A model generated the notes under the pieces. That model ran no database searches and was not told the DNA's origin. It saw only the letters and a list, made by a program, of their open reading frames with translations. 64,000 nucleotides of DNA from Alphaproteobacteria bacterium (GTDB lineage Bacteria > Pseudomonadota > Alphaproteobacteria > Bin95): positions 1,344,001-1,408,000 of the forward strand of contig CBDBGH010000003.1 in the NCBI GenBank assembly GCA_965205265.1. The letters run 5' to 3'. Both the position numbers and the translations under genes were made by a program. Below, one piece after another: positions 27,433-36,813 of this stretch. The first letter of the stretch is position 1. Each line of letters begins with the position of its first letter.

Positions 27433-28224
27433 GTGATTCTGCCTGTCATCCCGTTCCCCGTCATCGATCCGGTGGCGATCGATCTCGGGCCGCTGGGCAT
27501 ACGCTGGTATGCGCTCGCCTATCTCGCGGGCCTCGTCGTCGGCTGGCGGCTGGCGCGCCGCCTCGCCGTGCTGCCGCCCTACCTCATGCGCGCCGAACGG
27601 GTGGACGACCTGCTCGCCTGGATGGTGCTGGGCGTCGTCGCCGGGGGGCGGCTCGGCTATGTGCTGTTCTACAAGCCGGGCTACTACCTCGCGAACCCGG
27701 AGGAGGTGCTGTTCCTCTGGCAGGGCGGCATGTCGTTCCATGGCGGGCTCGCCGGGGTCGTGCTGGCGGTCTTTCTGTTCGCGCGCCGCCGCGGGCTCCC
27801 CTTCCTGCGCGTGGGCGACATCGTGGCAGCGGTCGCCCCGGTCGGGCTGCTTCTCGGCCGGCTTGCCAATTTTGTGAACGGGGAACTTTACGGCCGGGCG
27901 ACGGACGTTTCCTGGGCGATGGTATTCCCCTCGGACCCGGCCGGCCTGCCGCGCCATCCGAGCCAGCTTTACGAAGCGGCGCTGGAGGGCCTGGCGCTGG
28001 GCATCGTCATGCTGGCGCTGGCCTCCAGGGAGCGGGTGCGGGCGCGGCCCGGCCTGCTGGCGGGCGTCTTCTTTCTCGGCTACGGGCTGGCGCGCTGCTT
28101 CGCCGAACTGTTCCGGGAGCCGGACGCGCATCTGGGGTTCGTCCTGGGGCCCGTCACGATGGGGCAGCTTCTTTCCCTGCCGCTCATCGCCATCGGCCTG
28201 GCGCTCGCGGTCCGCCGCCCGTGA
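27433..28224 (+). CDS. lgt: prolipoprotein diacylglyceryl transferase
   Basis: IRWYALAY, GGRLGYVLFY, GGMSFHGG, GRLANFVNGELYGR, RHPSQLYEA. Confidence 0.97.
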   Translation: MILPVIPFPVIDPVAIDLGPLGIRWYALAYLAGLVVGWRLARRLAVLPPYLMRAERVDDLLAWMVLGVVAGGRLGYVLFYKPGYYLANPEEVLFLWQGGMSFHGGLAGVVLAVFLFARRRGLPFLRVGDIVAAVAPVGLLLGRLANFVNGELYGRATDVSWAMVFPSDPAGLPRHPSQLYEAALEGLALGIVMLALASRERVRARPGLLAGVFFLGYGLARCFAELFREPDAHLGFVLGPVTMGQLLSLPLIAIGLALAVRRP

Positions 28225-29228
28225 CCGGCGGCCTGGCGGCAAGGCCGGTCCGGCGCATCGAGCGCGACGGGCCGATTTCGCTTGCGGAATTCATGGCGCT
28301 CAACAATGCCGCTTACTATGCCGGCCGCGACCCCTTCGGCCGGGGCGGGGACTTCATTACCGCGCCCGAGGTCAGCCAGATGTTCGGCGAGATCGTGGGG
28401 CTCTGGTGCGTGGATGCATGGGAGCGGTTGGGTCGGCCTGCGGATGTCCGGTTGATCGAGCTCGGGCCGGGGCGCGGGGTGCTGATGGCTGACGCCCTGC
28501 GCGCCGCCCGGCTGGAGCCGGCGTTCCGTCCCGAAGTGCATCTCGTGGAAACCTCGCCCGTGCTTCGCTCCCTCCAGCGCGCGCAAGGCTTCGGCGCCGT
28601 GTGGCACGACAGCCCGGACACGATACCGAACGGCCCCTCCATCTGGATCGCGAACGAGTTCTTCGACGCGCTGCCGATCCGCCAGTTCGTGCGGATCGGC
28701 GGAAACTGGCACGAGCGCTTGGTGGACTTCGAAGGGGACGGTTTCCGTTTCGTTGCAGGCCCCGCGCTCCGCCATGCCGGCGCGGGCGAAGACGGTGATA
28801 TTTCCGAGGTCTGTCCGGCGGCGGGCGGCATCGCGGCGGCTCTGGCGGCGCGTCCGGGCTACGGCCTCGCCATCGACTACGGCTATGTCGAGCCGCCCGG
28901 AAGGCCGACCGTGCAAGCGGTGAGTGGGCATGAGCCTGTCGATCCGTTGTCGCGGCCCGGCGAAGCGGATATGAGCGCGCATGTGGATTTCGCAGCGCTG
29001 ATGCGGGCAGGCCGCGAGGCCGGCGCGGCGGTCTGGGGGCCGGTGCTGCAGGGCGATTGGCTCCGCCGCCTCGGTATCGAGGCCCGCGCCGCCCGGCTCG
29101 GCGGCCAGAAGGAAGCGCTGGCGCGGCTGACCGGCGAGGATGCGATGGGCCGGCTGTTCCGGGTGCTGGCCTTCGGTCCGGCCGATGCACCCGCGCCCGC
29201 AGGGTTCCTGGAGGGAGAAGGGAGATGA
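28221..29228 (+). CDS. NDUFAF7/MidA-family SAM-dependent methyltransferase
   Basis: GDFITAPEVSQMFGE, IELGPGRG, ANEFFDALP, IDYG, DMSAHVDF. Confidence 0.92.
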   Translation: MTGGLAARPVRRIERDGPISLAEFMALNNAAYYAGRDPFGRGGDFITAPEVSQMFGEIVGLWCVDAWERLGRPADVRLIELGPGRGVLMADALRAARLEPAFRPEVHLVETSPVLRSLQRAQGFGAVWHDSPDTIPNGPSIWIANEFFDALPIRQFVRIGGNWHERLVDFEGDGFRFVAGPALRHAGAGEDGDISEVCPAAGGIAAALAARPGYGLAIDYGYVEPPGRPTVQAVSGHEPVDPLSRPGEADMSAHVDFAALMRAGREAGAAVWGPVLQGDWLRRLGIEARAARLGGQKEALARLTGEDAMGRLFRVLAFGPADAPAPAGFLEGEGR

Positions 29229-29977
29229 TGGAAGGGGACGCGCTATCGGGCCTTGCAGGCGTTGCGCATGCCTTCCTGGAGCGGGAAGGCGGCGTCAGCA
29301 CCGGCCTCTATGCCGGCCTCAATTGCGGCTTCGGCTTCGGCGACGACCGGGATGCGGTAAGCGAAAACCGCCGCCGCGCGCTGGCCGCAGTCGGCGCGGA
29401 CCGTCTGGCGACGCTCTACCAGGTCCACAGCGCCGAGGCCGCGATCCTGACGGAGCCGCCGAAGGGCCTGAGGGCCGACGGCATGGCGACCGACCGTCCG
29501 GGCCTGGCGCTCGGCATATTGACGGCGGATTGCGCGCCCGTGCTGCTTGCGGACGAGCGGGCGGGCGTCGTCGGCGCGGCCCATTGCGGCTGGCGCGGCG
29601 CGCTTGCCGGCATCGCCGAAGCTGTGCTGGAGCGCATGGAGGAACTGGGCGCGCGGGCGGGGCGGACGGTAGCGGCCGTCGGCCCCTGCATCGGGCAGGC
29701 GTCTTACGAAGTCGGCCCCGAGTTCCGCAAGGCGTTCGAGGCGGCCGATCCCGGCAACGGCCGCTGGTTCGTTGCTGCCGGGCGGCCCGGCCATTTCCGT
29801 TTCGACCTTTCCGGTTACGTCGCGGCGCGGTTGGAGCGCGTGGGCCTTGCGGCCGTCTCGTACGCCGGTGCGGATACCTGCGCCGAGGAGGAACGCTTCT
29901 TCAGCTACCGCCGCGCCTGCCTGCGGGGCGAAGCGGACTACGGCCGCCAATTGTCCCTGATCGCGCTGCGGCGCTGA
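29225..29977 (+). CDS. pgeF: peptidoglycan editing factor PgeF/YfiH
   Basis: REGGVS, QVHS, TADCAPVL, AHCGWRG, FFSYRR. Confidence 0.93.
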   Translation: MMEGDALSGLAGVAHAFLEREGGVSTGLYAGLNCGFGFGDDRDAVSENRRRALAAVGADRLATLYQVHSAEAAILTEPPKGLRADGMATDRPGLALGILTADCAPVLLADERAGVVGAAHCGWRGALAGIAEAVLERMEELGARAGRTVAAVGPCIGQASYEVGPEFRKAFEAADPGNGRWFVAAGRPGHFRFDLSGYVAARLERVGLAAVSYAGADTCAEEERFFSYRRACLRGEADYGRQLSLIALRR

Positions 29978-29980
29978 CCG

Positions 29981-32839
29981 CTAACCCGCCAGCCGTTCGG
30001 CCCGGCCGAGAGAGGCCGCCAGATACCGCGCCGTGTGGCTGTCCGGCGCGTCTGCCACTTCTTCCGGCGTGCCGGCGGCGACGATGCGCCCGCCCCCGGC
30101 GCCGCCCTCGGGGCCCAGATCGACGATCCAGTCCGCCGTTTTGATGACTTCGAGATTGTGTTCGATGACGATCACCGTATTGCCGGCATCGACCAGCGCA
30201 TGCAGCACCTCCAGCAGCTTGCGCACATCCTCGAAATGCAGGCCCGTGGTCGGCTCGTCCAGAATGTAGAGCGTCCGCCCGGTCGAGCGCCGGGACAGCT
30301 CCTTGGCGAGCTTGACGCGCTGCGCCTCGCCGCCGGAAAGCGTCGTCGCCTGCTGGCCGATCTTGATATAGCCGAGGCCGACCCGGCGCAGCGTCTCCAG
30401 CTTGTTGTAGACCGCCGGCACCGCCCGGAAGAGCTCGACGCCTTCCTCGACCGTCAGGTCCAGCACGTCGGCGATGGACCGGCCGCGGAAGCGCACTTCC
30501 AGCGTCTCGCGGTTGTAGCGCCGGCCCCGGCATGTCTCGCACTCCACATAGACATCGGGCAGGAAGTGCATCTCGATCTTGATGACGCCGTCGCCCTGGC
30601 AGGTCTCGCAGCGCCCGCCCTTCACGTTGAAGGAGAAGCGCCCCGGCTTGTAGCCGCGCGCCTTCGCTTCCGGCAGGCCGGTGAACCAGTCGCGTATCGG
30701 CGTGAACGCGCCGGTATAGGTGGCCGGGTTCGAGCGCGGCGTGCGCCCGATGGGCGACTGGTCGATGTCGATCACCTTGTCGATGAGGTCGGCGCCCTCG
30801 ATCCGCTCATGCGGGGCGGCCGCGCCGCGCGCGCCGTGGATTGCCCGCGCCAGCGCCTTGTAGAGCGTTTCCACGACCAGGGTGGACTTGCCGCCGCCCG
30901 AAACGCCGGTGACGCAGGCGAACACGCCGAGCGGGAAGGCGGCGTCGATATGCCGGAGGTTGTGGCCGCTCGCGCCCTGGACGACCAGCCGGTGCCCGTT
31001 GCCCGGCCGCCGCCGCTCCGGAATCGCGATCTGCCTGCGGCCGGTGAGGTATTGCGCCGTCAGCCCCTCTCCGCGCCCGACCACTTCCTCCGGCAGGCCC
31101 TCGGCCACGACACGGCCGCCATGCACGCCGGCGCCGGGGCCCATATCCACCAGGTAGTCGGCGCTGCGGATCGCCTCCTCGTCATGCTCGACGACGATGA
31201 CCGTGTTGTCGAGGTCGCGCAGGCGCCTCAGGGTCGCCAGCAGGCGGGCATTGTCGCGCTGGTGGAGGCCGATCGAGGGCTCGTCCAGCACATAGAGCAC
31301 GCCGGTCAGGCCCGAGCCGATCTGCGAGGCGAGCCTTATGCGCTGGCTCTCCCCGCCCGAGAGCGTGCCGGAGGACCGGTCCAGCGTCAGGTATTCGAGC
31401 CCGACATCGTTCAGGAAGCCCAGCCGGTCGTTGATTTCGCGGAGAATGCGGGCGCCGATTTCGCGCTGCTTGGGCGTCAGCGCCTTTTCCAGCCCGGCGA
31501 ACCAACGCCCGGCACTGCCGATGGAGAGCGCGGCGACATCGGAAATGTCGCGCCCGTCGATCCTGACGGCGAGCGCTTCGGGCCGCAGCCGCTTGCCGGC
31601 GCAGGTCTCGCAGGGCCGGGATGCGAGATATTTCGACAGCTCCTCGCGGACCCAGGCGCTGTCCGTCTCCCTCAGGCGGCGCTCCAGATTGTTGACGACC
31701 CCCTCGAACGGCTTGGTGACGCGGTAGTTCCGGATGCCGTCATTGTAGGCCATGGTCACCGGCTCGTTGCCGGAGCCGTAGAGCACCGCGCGGCGGACCT
31801 CTTCCGGCAGGTCGCGCCAGGGCGTGTTGACATCCACCTCGTAGTGGCGCGCGAGGCTCCTGAGCGTCTGCTGGTAGTATTTCGCGGTGGTGTTCTTCCA
31901 GGGCGCGACGGCGCCCCGGCGCATGCTCAGCCCCTCGTCCGGCACCACGAGCGCCGCATCGACATGGCGCCGGCTGCCGAGGCCGTCGCAGGCCGGGCAG
32001 GCGCCCGCCGGGTTGTTGAAGGAGAACAGGCGCGGCTCGATCTCCTCGATGGTGAAGCCGGAGACGGGGCAGGCGAAGCGGGCGGAGAACAGGATGCTTT
32101 CGCCCGTGCGCACATCCTCGACCGATGCCAGCCCGTCGGAGAGTTCGAGCGCCGTTTCCAGGCTGTCCGCCAGCCGGTTGCCGAGCCCGGGGCGGACCGC
32201 GATCCGGTCCACGACGATGGAGATGTCGTGCTTGAAATTCTTGCCGAGCGCCGGCGCTTCCTCGATGTCGTAGAGTTCGCCGTCGATCTTGACCCTCTGG
32301 AAGCCGCGCCGCTGGTATTCCCGGAGCTCCTTGCGGTATTCGCCCTTGCGGCCCCGCACGACCGGCGCCATCAGCAGCAGCCGCGAGCCTTCCGGCAGGG
32401 CCTCGATCCGGTCCGCCATCTGGGCGACGCTCTGGCTCTCTATGGGCAGGCCCGTAGCGGGCGAGTAGGGGATGCCGACCCGCGCCCACAGGAGGCGCAT
32501 GTAATCGTAGATCTCGGTAACGGTGGCCACGGTCGAGCGGGGATTGCGCGAGGTGGTCTTCTGCTCGATGGAGATCGCCGGCGAGAGGCCTTCTATCGAG
32601 TCGACATCGGGCTTGCGCATCAGCTCCAGGAATTGCCGCGCATAGGCGGAGAGGCTCTCCACATAGCGGCGCTGGCCTTCGGCATAGATCGTGTCGAAGG
32701 CCAGCGACGACTTGCCGGAGCCGGAAAGCCCGGTGACGACGACCAGGCTGCCGCGCGGCAGCGAGACATCGACGGATTTCAGATTGTGCTCCCGGGCGCC
32801 GCGAACGACGATCCGGCGGGGCTGGGACAAGGCTGTCAT
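29981..32839 (-). CDS. uvrA: excinuclease ABC subunit A
   Basis: [31 protein letters not shown], two LSGGE motifs, Zn fingers. Confidence 0.98.
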   Translation of the reverse strand: MTALSQPRRIVVRGAREHNLKSVDVSLPRGSLVVVTGLSGSGKSSLAFDTIYAEGQRRYVESLSAYARQFLELMRKPDVDSIEGLSPAISIEQKTTSRNPRSTVATVTEIYDYMRLLWARVGIPYSPATGLPIESQSVAQMADRIEALPEGSRLLLMAPVVRGRKGEYRKELREYQRRGFQRVKIDGELYDIEEAPALGKNFKHDISIVVDRIAVRPGLGNRLADSLETALELSDGLASVEDVRTGESILFSARFACPVSGFTIEEIEPRLFSFNNPAGACPACDGLGSRRHVDAALVVPDEGLSMRRGAVAPWKNTTAKYYQQTLRSLARHYEVDVNTPWRDLPEEVRRAVLYGSGNEPVTMAYNDGIRNYRVTKPFEGVVNNLERRLRETDSAWVREELSKYLASRPCETCAGKRLRPEALAVRIDGRDISDVAALSIGSAGRWFAGLEKALTPKQREIGARILREINDRLGFLNDVGLEYLTLDRSSGTLSGGESQRIRLASQIGSGLTGVLYVLDEPSIGLHQRDNARLLATLRRLRDLDNTVIVVEHDEEAIRSADYLVDMGPGAGVHGGRVVAEGLPEEVVGRGEGLTAQYLTGRRQIAIPERRRPGNGHRLVVQGASGHNLRHIDAAFPLGVFACVTGVSGGGKSTLVVETLYKALARAIHGARGAAAPHERIEGADLIDKVIDIDQSPIGRTPRSNPATYTGAFTPIRDWFTGLPEAKARGYKPGRFSFNVKGGRCETCQGDGVIKIEMHFLPDVYVECETCRGRRYNRETLEVRFRGRSIADVLDLTVEEGVELFRAVPAVYNKLETLRRVGLGYIKIGQQATTLSGGEAQRVKLAKELSRRSTGRTLYILDEPTTGLHFEDVRKLLEVLHALVDAGNTVIVIEHNLEVIKTADWIVDLGPEGGAGGGRIVAAGTPEEVADAPDSHTARYLAASLGRAERLAG

Positions 32840-33144
32840 GACGGATGGGATTTTAGGGCGAACCGCCCCGGCATAGAAGCCGGGGCGTGTTTCCGCCGCA
32901 TTGCCGCGGCGGCCCGGTCCTCGCCGGGCAGGGCGCCGAACGGGATGTCCGGAGAACGCGCTGTGTGACGCTGGAGTCCATCGCGCCGCTGTGCAACACT
33001 CGCTCCGTCAGTCCGCCCGACATGGCGGACTGAGTAACCCGGCTGTGCCTGTCAGGCGCCGCCAATGGGTTACGGATATGGGGGGAGAGATCGTTCCATG
33101 CGCCGTAGCCAAGAGGACTCCGTTTCCGGAACCGGGAGAAAGAA

Positions 33145-34137
33145 ATGATAAAGAAAACGCTTCTGGCGGCGACCATGATGGCCGTTGTCACGGCAATGTC
33201 CACGGGTTCTTCGCTCGCCGCGACATTGATGAACATCGGCTATGCGACCGCCGAGTCGAATGCTTACGGCACGTTCATGAACACCTTCGCCGACCGTCTC
33301 AACAAGCTCACCGGCGGCGAAGTCCGGGTCAAGGTCCATTGCTGCTTCAAGATGGGCGGCGAGCAGGACATGTTCAAGAAGCTGCAGCTCGGCACGCTCG
33401 ACGGCACGCTGATCGCGCAGAACAACGCCGGCCCGTTCTACCCCAAGATCGACCTGCTGGTCATGCCGTACATGCTCCAGAACCTCGAACATGCCCTCAA
33501 GGTGGTCGATGGCGATGTCGGCAAGCAGATCTGGGGCGCGATGCCGGAAGAAGCCGGCGTCCATCTGGTGAAGATCGTGCTGGTCTCGTTCCGGCACATC
33601 TACAACTCGAAGCAGGCGATCAACTCCATCGAGGATTTCAAGCCGCTGAAATACCGGGTTCCCAAGAATGTCGTGATGGTGGACACCTACAAGGCGTTCG
33701 GCTCCGACCCTGTCCCGATGGCCTGGTCGGAAACCCTGACCGCCGTGCAGACCGGAACCGTCGATGGCGGCGACCTCCCGCTCGACGTGATTTACACCCA
33801 GAAGTTCCACGAGGTCGCCAAGCATGTCGCATTGACGGGCCACTTCGCGCTGACGCCGCCGTTCTTCGTCAGCACCAAGTTCATGGACAAGCTGACCGAC
33901 GAACAGAAGGACGCGCTCTACATGGCTGCCGATATCGCGGCGGAGGCAGCGCGGGCGCATCTCAGGATCGGTAACGAAGGGTTTACGCAAAAGCTCCTGG
34001 ACTCCGGCGTGAAGATCACGACTCCGGACACCAAGCCCTTCATCGAGGCGGCCGCCAAGGTGCATGCGGCCTTCGCGGCCGACCGCGGCCCCGAATATGT
34101 CGAACTGATCGAGGCGATCAACGCCGTCGCCAACTAG
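33145..34137 (+). CDS. dctP: TRAP transporter substrate-binding protein
   Basis: Signal peptide, LQLGTLDG, FRHIYN, LKYRVP, PVPMAWSE, AVQTGTVDG. Confidence 0.9.
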   Translation: MIKKTLLAATMMAVVTAMSTGSSLAATLMNIGYATAESNAYGTFMNTFADRLNKLTGGEVRVKVHCCFKMGGEQDMFKKLQLGTLDGTLIAQNNAGPFYPKIDLLVMPYMLQNLEHALKVVDGDVGKQIWGAMPEEAGVHLVKIVLVSFRHIYNSKQAINSIEDFKPLKYRVPKNVVMVDTYKAFGSDPVPMAWSETLTAVQTGTVDGGDLPLDVIYTQKFHEVAKHVALTGHFALTPPFFVSTKFMDKLTDEQKDALYMAADIAAEAARAHLRIGNEGFTQKLLDSGVKITTPDTKPFIEAAAKVHAAFAADRGPEYVELIEAINAVAN

Positions 34138-34158
34138 AACGGCGCTTCGGCAGCGAGC

Positions 34159-34199
34159 GGCCGCGGCGGGGCAAAAGGACCACCGGCCCCGCCGCGGCC
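34159..34199 (+). other. intercistronic 14-bp stem-loop after dctP (mRNA stabiliser or attenuator)
   Basis: GGCCGCGGCGGGGC / GCCCCGCCGCGGCC perfect arms; no U-tract. Confidence 0.6.
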
Positions 34200-34238
34200 C
34201 TCGACTTCGGTCCGGATACCCGTTCTACTGCTGGCCTC

Positions 34239-34766
34239 ATGCCCTCTTTCAGCACAGTCTTCGCGTTCCTTGAGCGGCGAGCCGAAGAAGTCATTGCGGG
34301 CGTCTGCGTCGTCGTCATGGCGGTGCTCGTCTTCTTCCAGGTCGTGATGCGTTACGTGTTCAGCGCGCCGACCTCCTGGTCGGACGAAATCGCCGTCTAT
34401 GCGATGCTCTGGTCCGTCTATATTTCGGCCTCCTGGGCGGTGCGCGAACGCGCCCACATACGGGTGATGAACCTGATTAATCTTTTCCCGGGCTGGATTG
34501 GGCTCGGTATGGCCGTGCTTAGCGACTTCGTGTGGTTCGTGTTCGCGATATATCTGACCTGGCAGAGTTTCCTCTTGCATCTCTCGATGTGGGAGCTTCC
34601 CTTCGAATCGCCGGTGCTGGGCGTTGCCCAGAAGTGGCCGTATCTGTGTCTGGTCGTGGGCTTCGCCCTGATGACGGTCCGTCTCGTCCAGGTCTATTAC
34701 CACTGGTACCGGGACGGCATTCTGCCGACGGCAGTCCCCGAGGGCGGGACGATCATCCATGATTGA
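34239..34766 (+). CDS. dctQ: TRAP small permease
   Basis: QVVMRYVFSAPTSWSDE, HIRV; four TM helices. Confidence 0.9.
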   Translation: MPSFSTVFAFLERRAEEVIAGVCVVVMAVLVFFQVVMRYVFSAPTSWSDEIAVYAMLWSVYISASWAVRERAHIRVMNLINLFPGWIGLGMAVLSDFVWFVFAIYLTWQSFLLHLSMWELPFESPVLGVAQKWPYLCLVVGFALMTVRLVQVYYHWYRDGILPTAVPEGGTIIHD

Positions 34767-36054
34767 AGCGCTCTACATGTTCGGGACGCTGGTCGTCACC
34801 ATCGCCTTCGGCATTCCGATCCCGATTGCGGTGGCGATGGCGACGCTGGTCGGCTACTTCCTGATCGACATTCCGGCCGTGGCGCTGGCCCAGGCCATGT
34901 ACACCGGGGTCGAGCCCTTTCCGCTTCTGACCGTGCCGCTCTTCGTATTCGCCGGCGCCCTGATGGAACGCGGCGGCCTCGCGCTCAGGATCGTGGCGAT
35001 CGCCCAGTCGCTGATCGGCAACTACATGGGCAGTCTCGGCCTGGTGGCCGTGCTCGGATGCACCTTCTTCGCCGCCCTCTCGGGCTCCGGCCCTGCGACC
35101 ACGGCGGCCATCGGCGCCGTCATGATTCCGGCGATGGTCCGCGAGCGTTACGACCCGGCTTTCGGCGGTGCGATCGCCGCCTCCGGCGGTGCGCTGGGAA
35201 GCCTTATTCCGCCGAGCAACCTGATGATCATCTACGGCGTGGTCTCGGACGTTTCGATCCCGCGCATGTTCCTCGCCGGCGTCGTGCCAGGGTTGCTCGC
35301 GAGCGCGCTGCTGCTGCTGGTCACCTGGCTGATCGCGCGCCGGCGCGGCTATGGCGGGCAGACCGACCACAGTTTTTCATGGGCGCGCGTCGGGCAGGCC
35401 TGCTGGGACGGCAAATGGGCTATCGGCGCTCCCGTCCTGATCCTCGGCGGCATCTACAGCGGGGCCTTCACACCTACCGAAGCAGCTTCGGTCGCGGTGG
35501 TTTACGCCTTTCTCGTCGGTCAATTCGTGCATCGCGAACTGACCTGGGAGGCGATCCTGTCCTGCCTGAAGACCACGGCGATGATCTCGGGCGCGGTCCT
35601 CATCATCGTCGGTCCGGCCAAGGCCTTCGGCGAGTTGCTGAGCCTGATGGACGTGCCGTTCCTGATCGGCGAATTCCTGACCGGCTTCACGGACAGCAGC
35701 TTTGTCCTGCTCCTGGTCATCTCCGCGATCCTCATCATCACCGGCATGTTCCTCGAGTCCATTGCCCAGATCATCCTGCTGACCCCGCTGATGCTTCCGA
35801 TCGCGGTTTCGGTCGGCATCGATCCGGTAGTGTTCGGTGTCATCATGGTGATCGCCTGCGAGATCGGCTTCCTTACACCGCCAGTCGGGGCGAACCTGTT
35901 CGTTGCAACGCGATTAACGAATGTGGGTATCGACAAGATTTCGGTCGCCGTGATCCCGTTCCTGCTCACCTATGTCGTGGTGATCGTCCTGATCGCGCTC
36001 TTCCCGGACTTTGTATTGTGGCTGCCGGACCTCGCCTTCGGGCCGAGCGGATAG
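34759..36054 (+). CDS. dctM: TRAP large permease
   Basis: LLTVPLFVFAG, SGSGPA, LIPPS, GAFTPTEA, TPPVGANLF. Confidence 0.93.
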   Translation: MIEALYMFGTLVVTIAFGIPIPIAVAMATLVGYFLIDIPAVALAQAMYTGVEPFPLLTVPLFVFAGALMERGGLALRIVAIAQSLIGNYMGSLGLVAVLGCTFFAALSGSGPATTAAIGAVMIPAMVRERYDPAFGGAIAASGGALGSLIPPSNLMIIYGVVSDVSIPRMFLAGVVPGLLASALLLLVTWLIARRRGYGGQTDHSFSWARVGQACWDGKWAIGAPVLILGGIYSGAFTPTEAASVAVVYAFLVGQFVHRELTWEAILSCLKTTAMISGAVLIIVGPAKAFGELLSLMDVPFLIGEFLTGFTDSSFVLLLVISAILIITGMFLESIAQIILLTPLMLPIAVSVGIDPVVFGVIMVIACEIGFLTPPVGANLFVATRLTNVGIDKISVAVIPFLLTYVVVIVLIALFPDFVLWLPDLAFGPSG

Positions 36055-36188
36055 CCATGCAATCCCGATAGGGCGGTGCCGGCCGGCCCCTGCCCGGAGG
36101 GCAACGATCACGGCGCTTTCCTGCTCTTCCGGCTGCCCGGATATGAGGTGTCGGGAAGTGTGGGCCGGCGAGACAAAGTTACCGATTC

Positions 36189-36203
36189 GTTCCACAGGGT
36201 TTC
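36189..36203. promoter_or_regulatory. possible alphaproteobacterial LexA box
   Basis: GTTC-CACAGGG-TTTC (GTTC-N7-GTTC with one mismatch) upstream of ssb. Confidence 0.4.
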
Positions 36204-36269
36204 GGGTCGATTCAGTCGCCGGCCGGGTGTATGTTTCAGGGGCGAATCGGGTGTAAGGGAACAGCGGTT

Positions 36270-36740
36270 ATGGCAGGCAGCGTCAACAAGGTGATTCTGG
36301 TTGGGAATCTTGGCCGCGACCCCGAAATCCGGACCATGCAGTCGGGAGACAAGCTGGCGCAATTTTCGCTCGCGACCTCGGAGACCTGGAACGACCGGCA
36401 AAGCGGCGAGCGGCGCGAACGCACTGAGTGGCATCGGGTCGTCATATTCGGGCGTCTGGCGGAAATCGCCGAGCGGTTTCTTCGCAAGGGGTCGAAGGTG
36501 TATCTCGAAGGCAGCCTGCAAACGCGCAAATGGCAGGACCAGTCCGGTCAGGACCGCTATACGACCGAGGTCGTTTTGCAGCGGTTCCGGGGCGAACTCC
36601 AGATGCTCGACCGGGCCGGCGATAGCGAATCCCGCGACAGGGATTACGGCAGCTATGACGACCGGGATTCGGGCGGCGGCAGGTCCGCCGCGCCGGCGCC
36701 GGCATTGGGCTCCGACCTGGACGACGACATCCCCTTCTGA
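36270..36740 (+). CDS. ssb: single-stranded DNA-binding protein
   Basis: [19 protein letters not shown]...DDDIPF. Confidence 0.98.
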   Translation: MAGSVNKVILVGNLGRDPEIRTMQSGDKLAQFSLATSETWNDRQSGERRERTEWHRVVIFGRLAEIAERFLRKGSKVYLEGSLQTRKWQDQSGQDRYTTEVVLQRFRGELQMLDRAGDSESRDRDYGSYDDRDSGGGRSAAPAPALGSDLDDDIPF

Positions 36741-36813
36741 TGAACCGCCCCCTGCACCACGCAGCTTCCGCCGGCGCGGCCCCCGACAACCTCCCGCAAC
36801 CACCTAGCGTTCC

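Noticed and set aside
33083-33120. GGAGAGA...CGCCGTAG resembling a glycine riboswitch
   Set aside because: Lacks GAAGG, the downstream CTCAGG and the supporting helices
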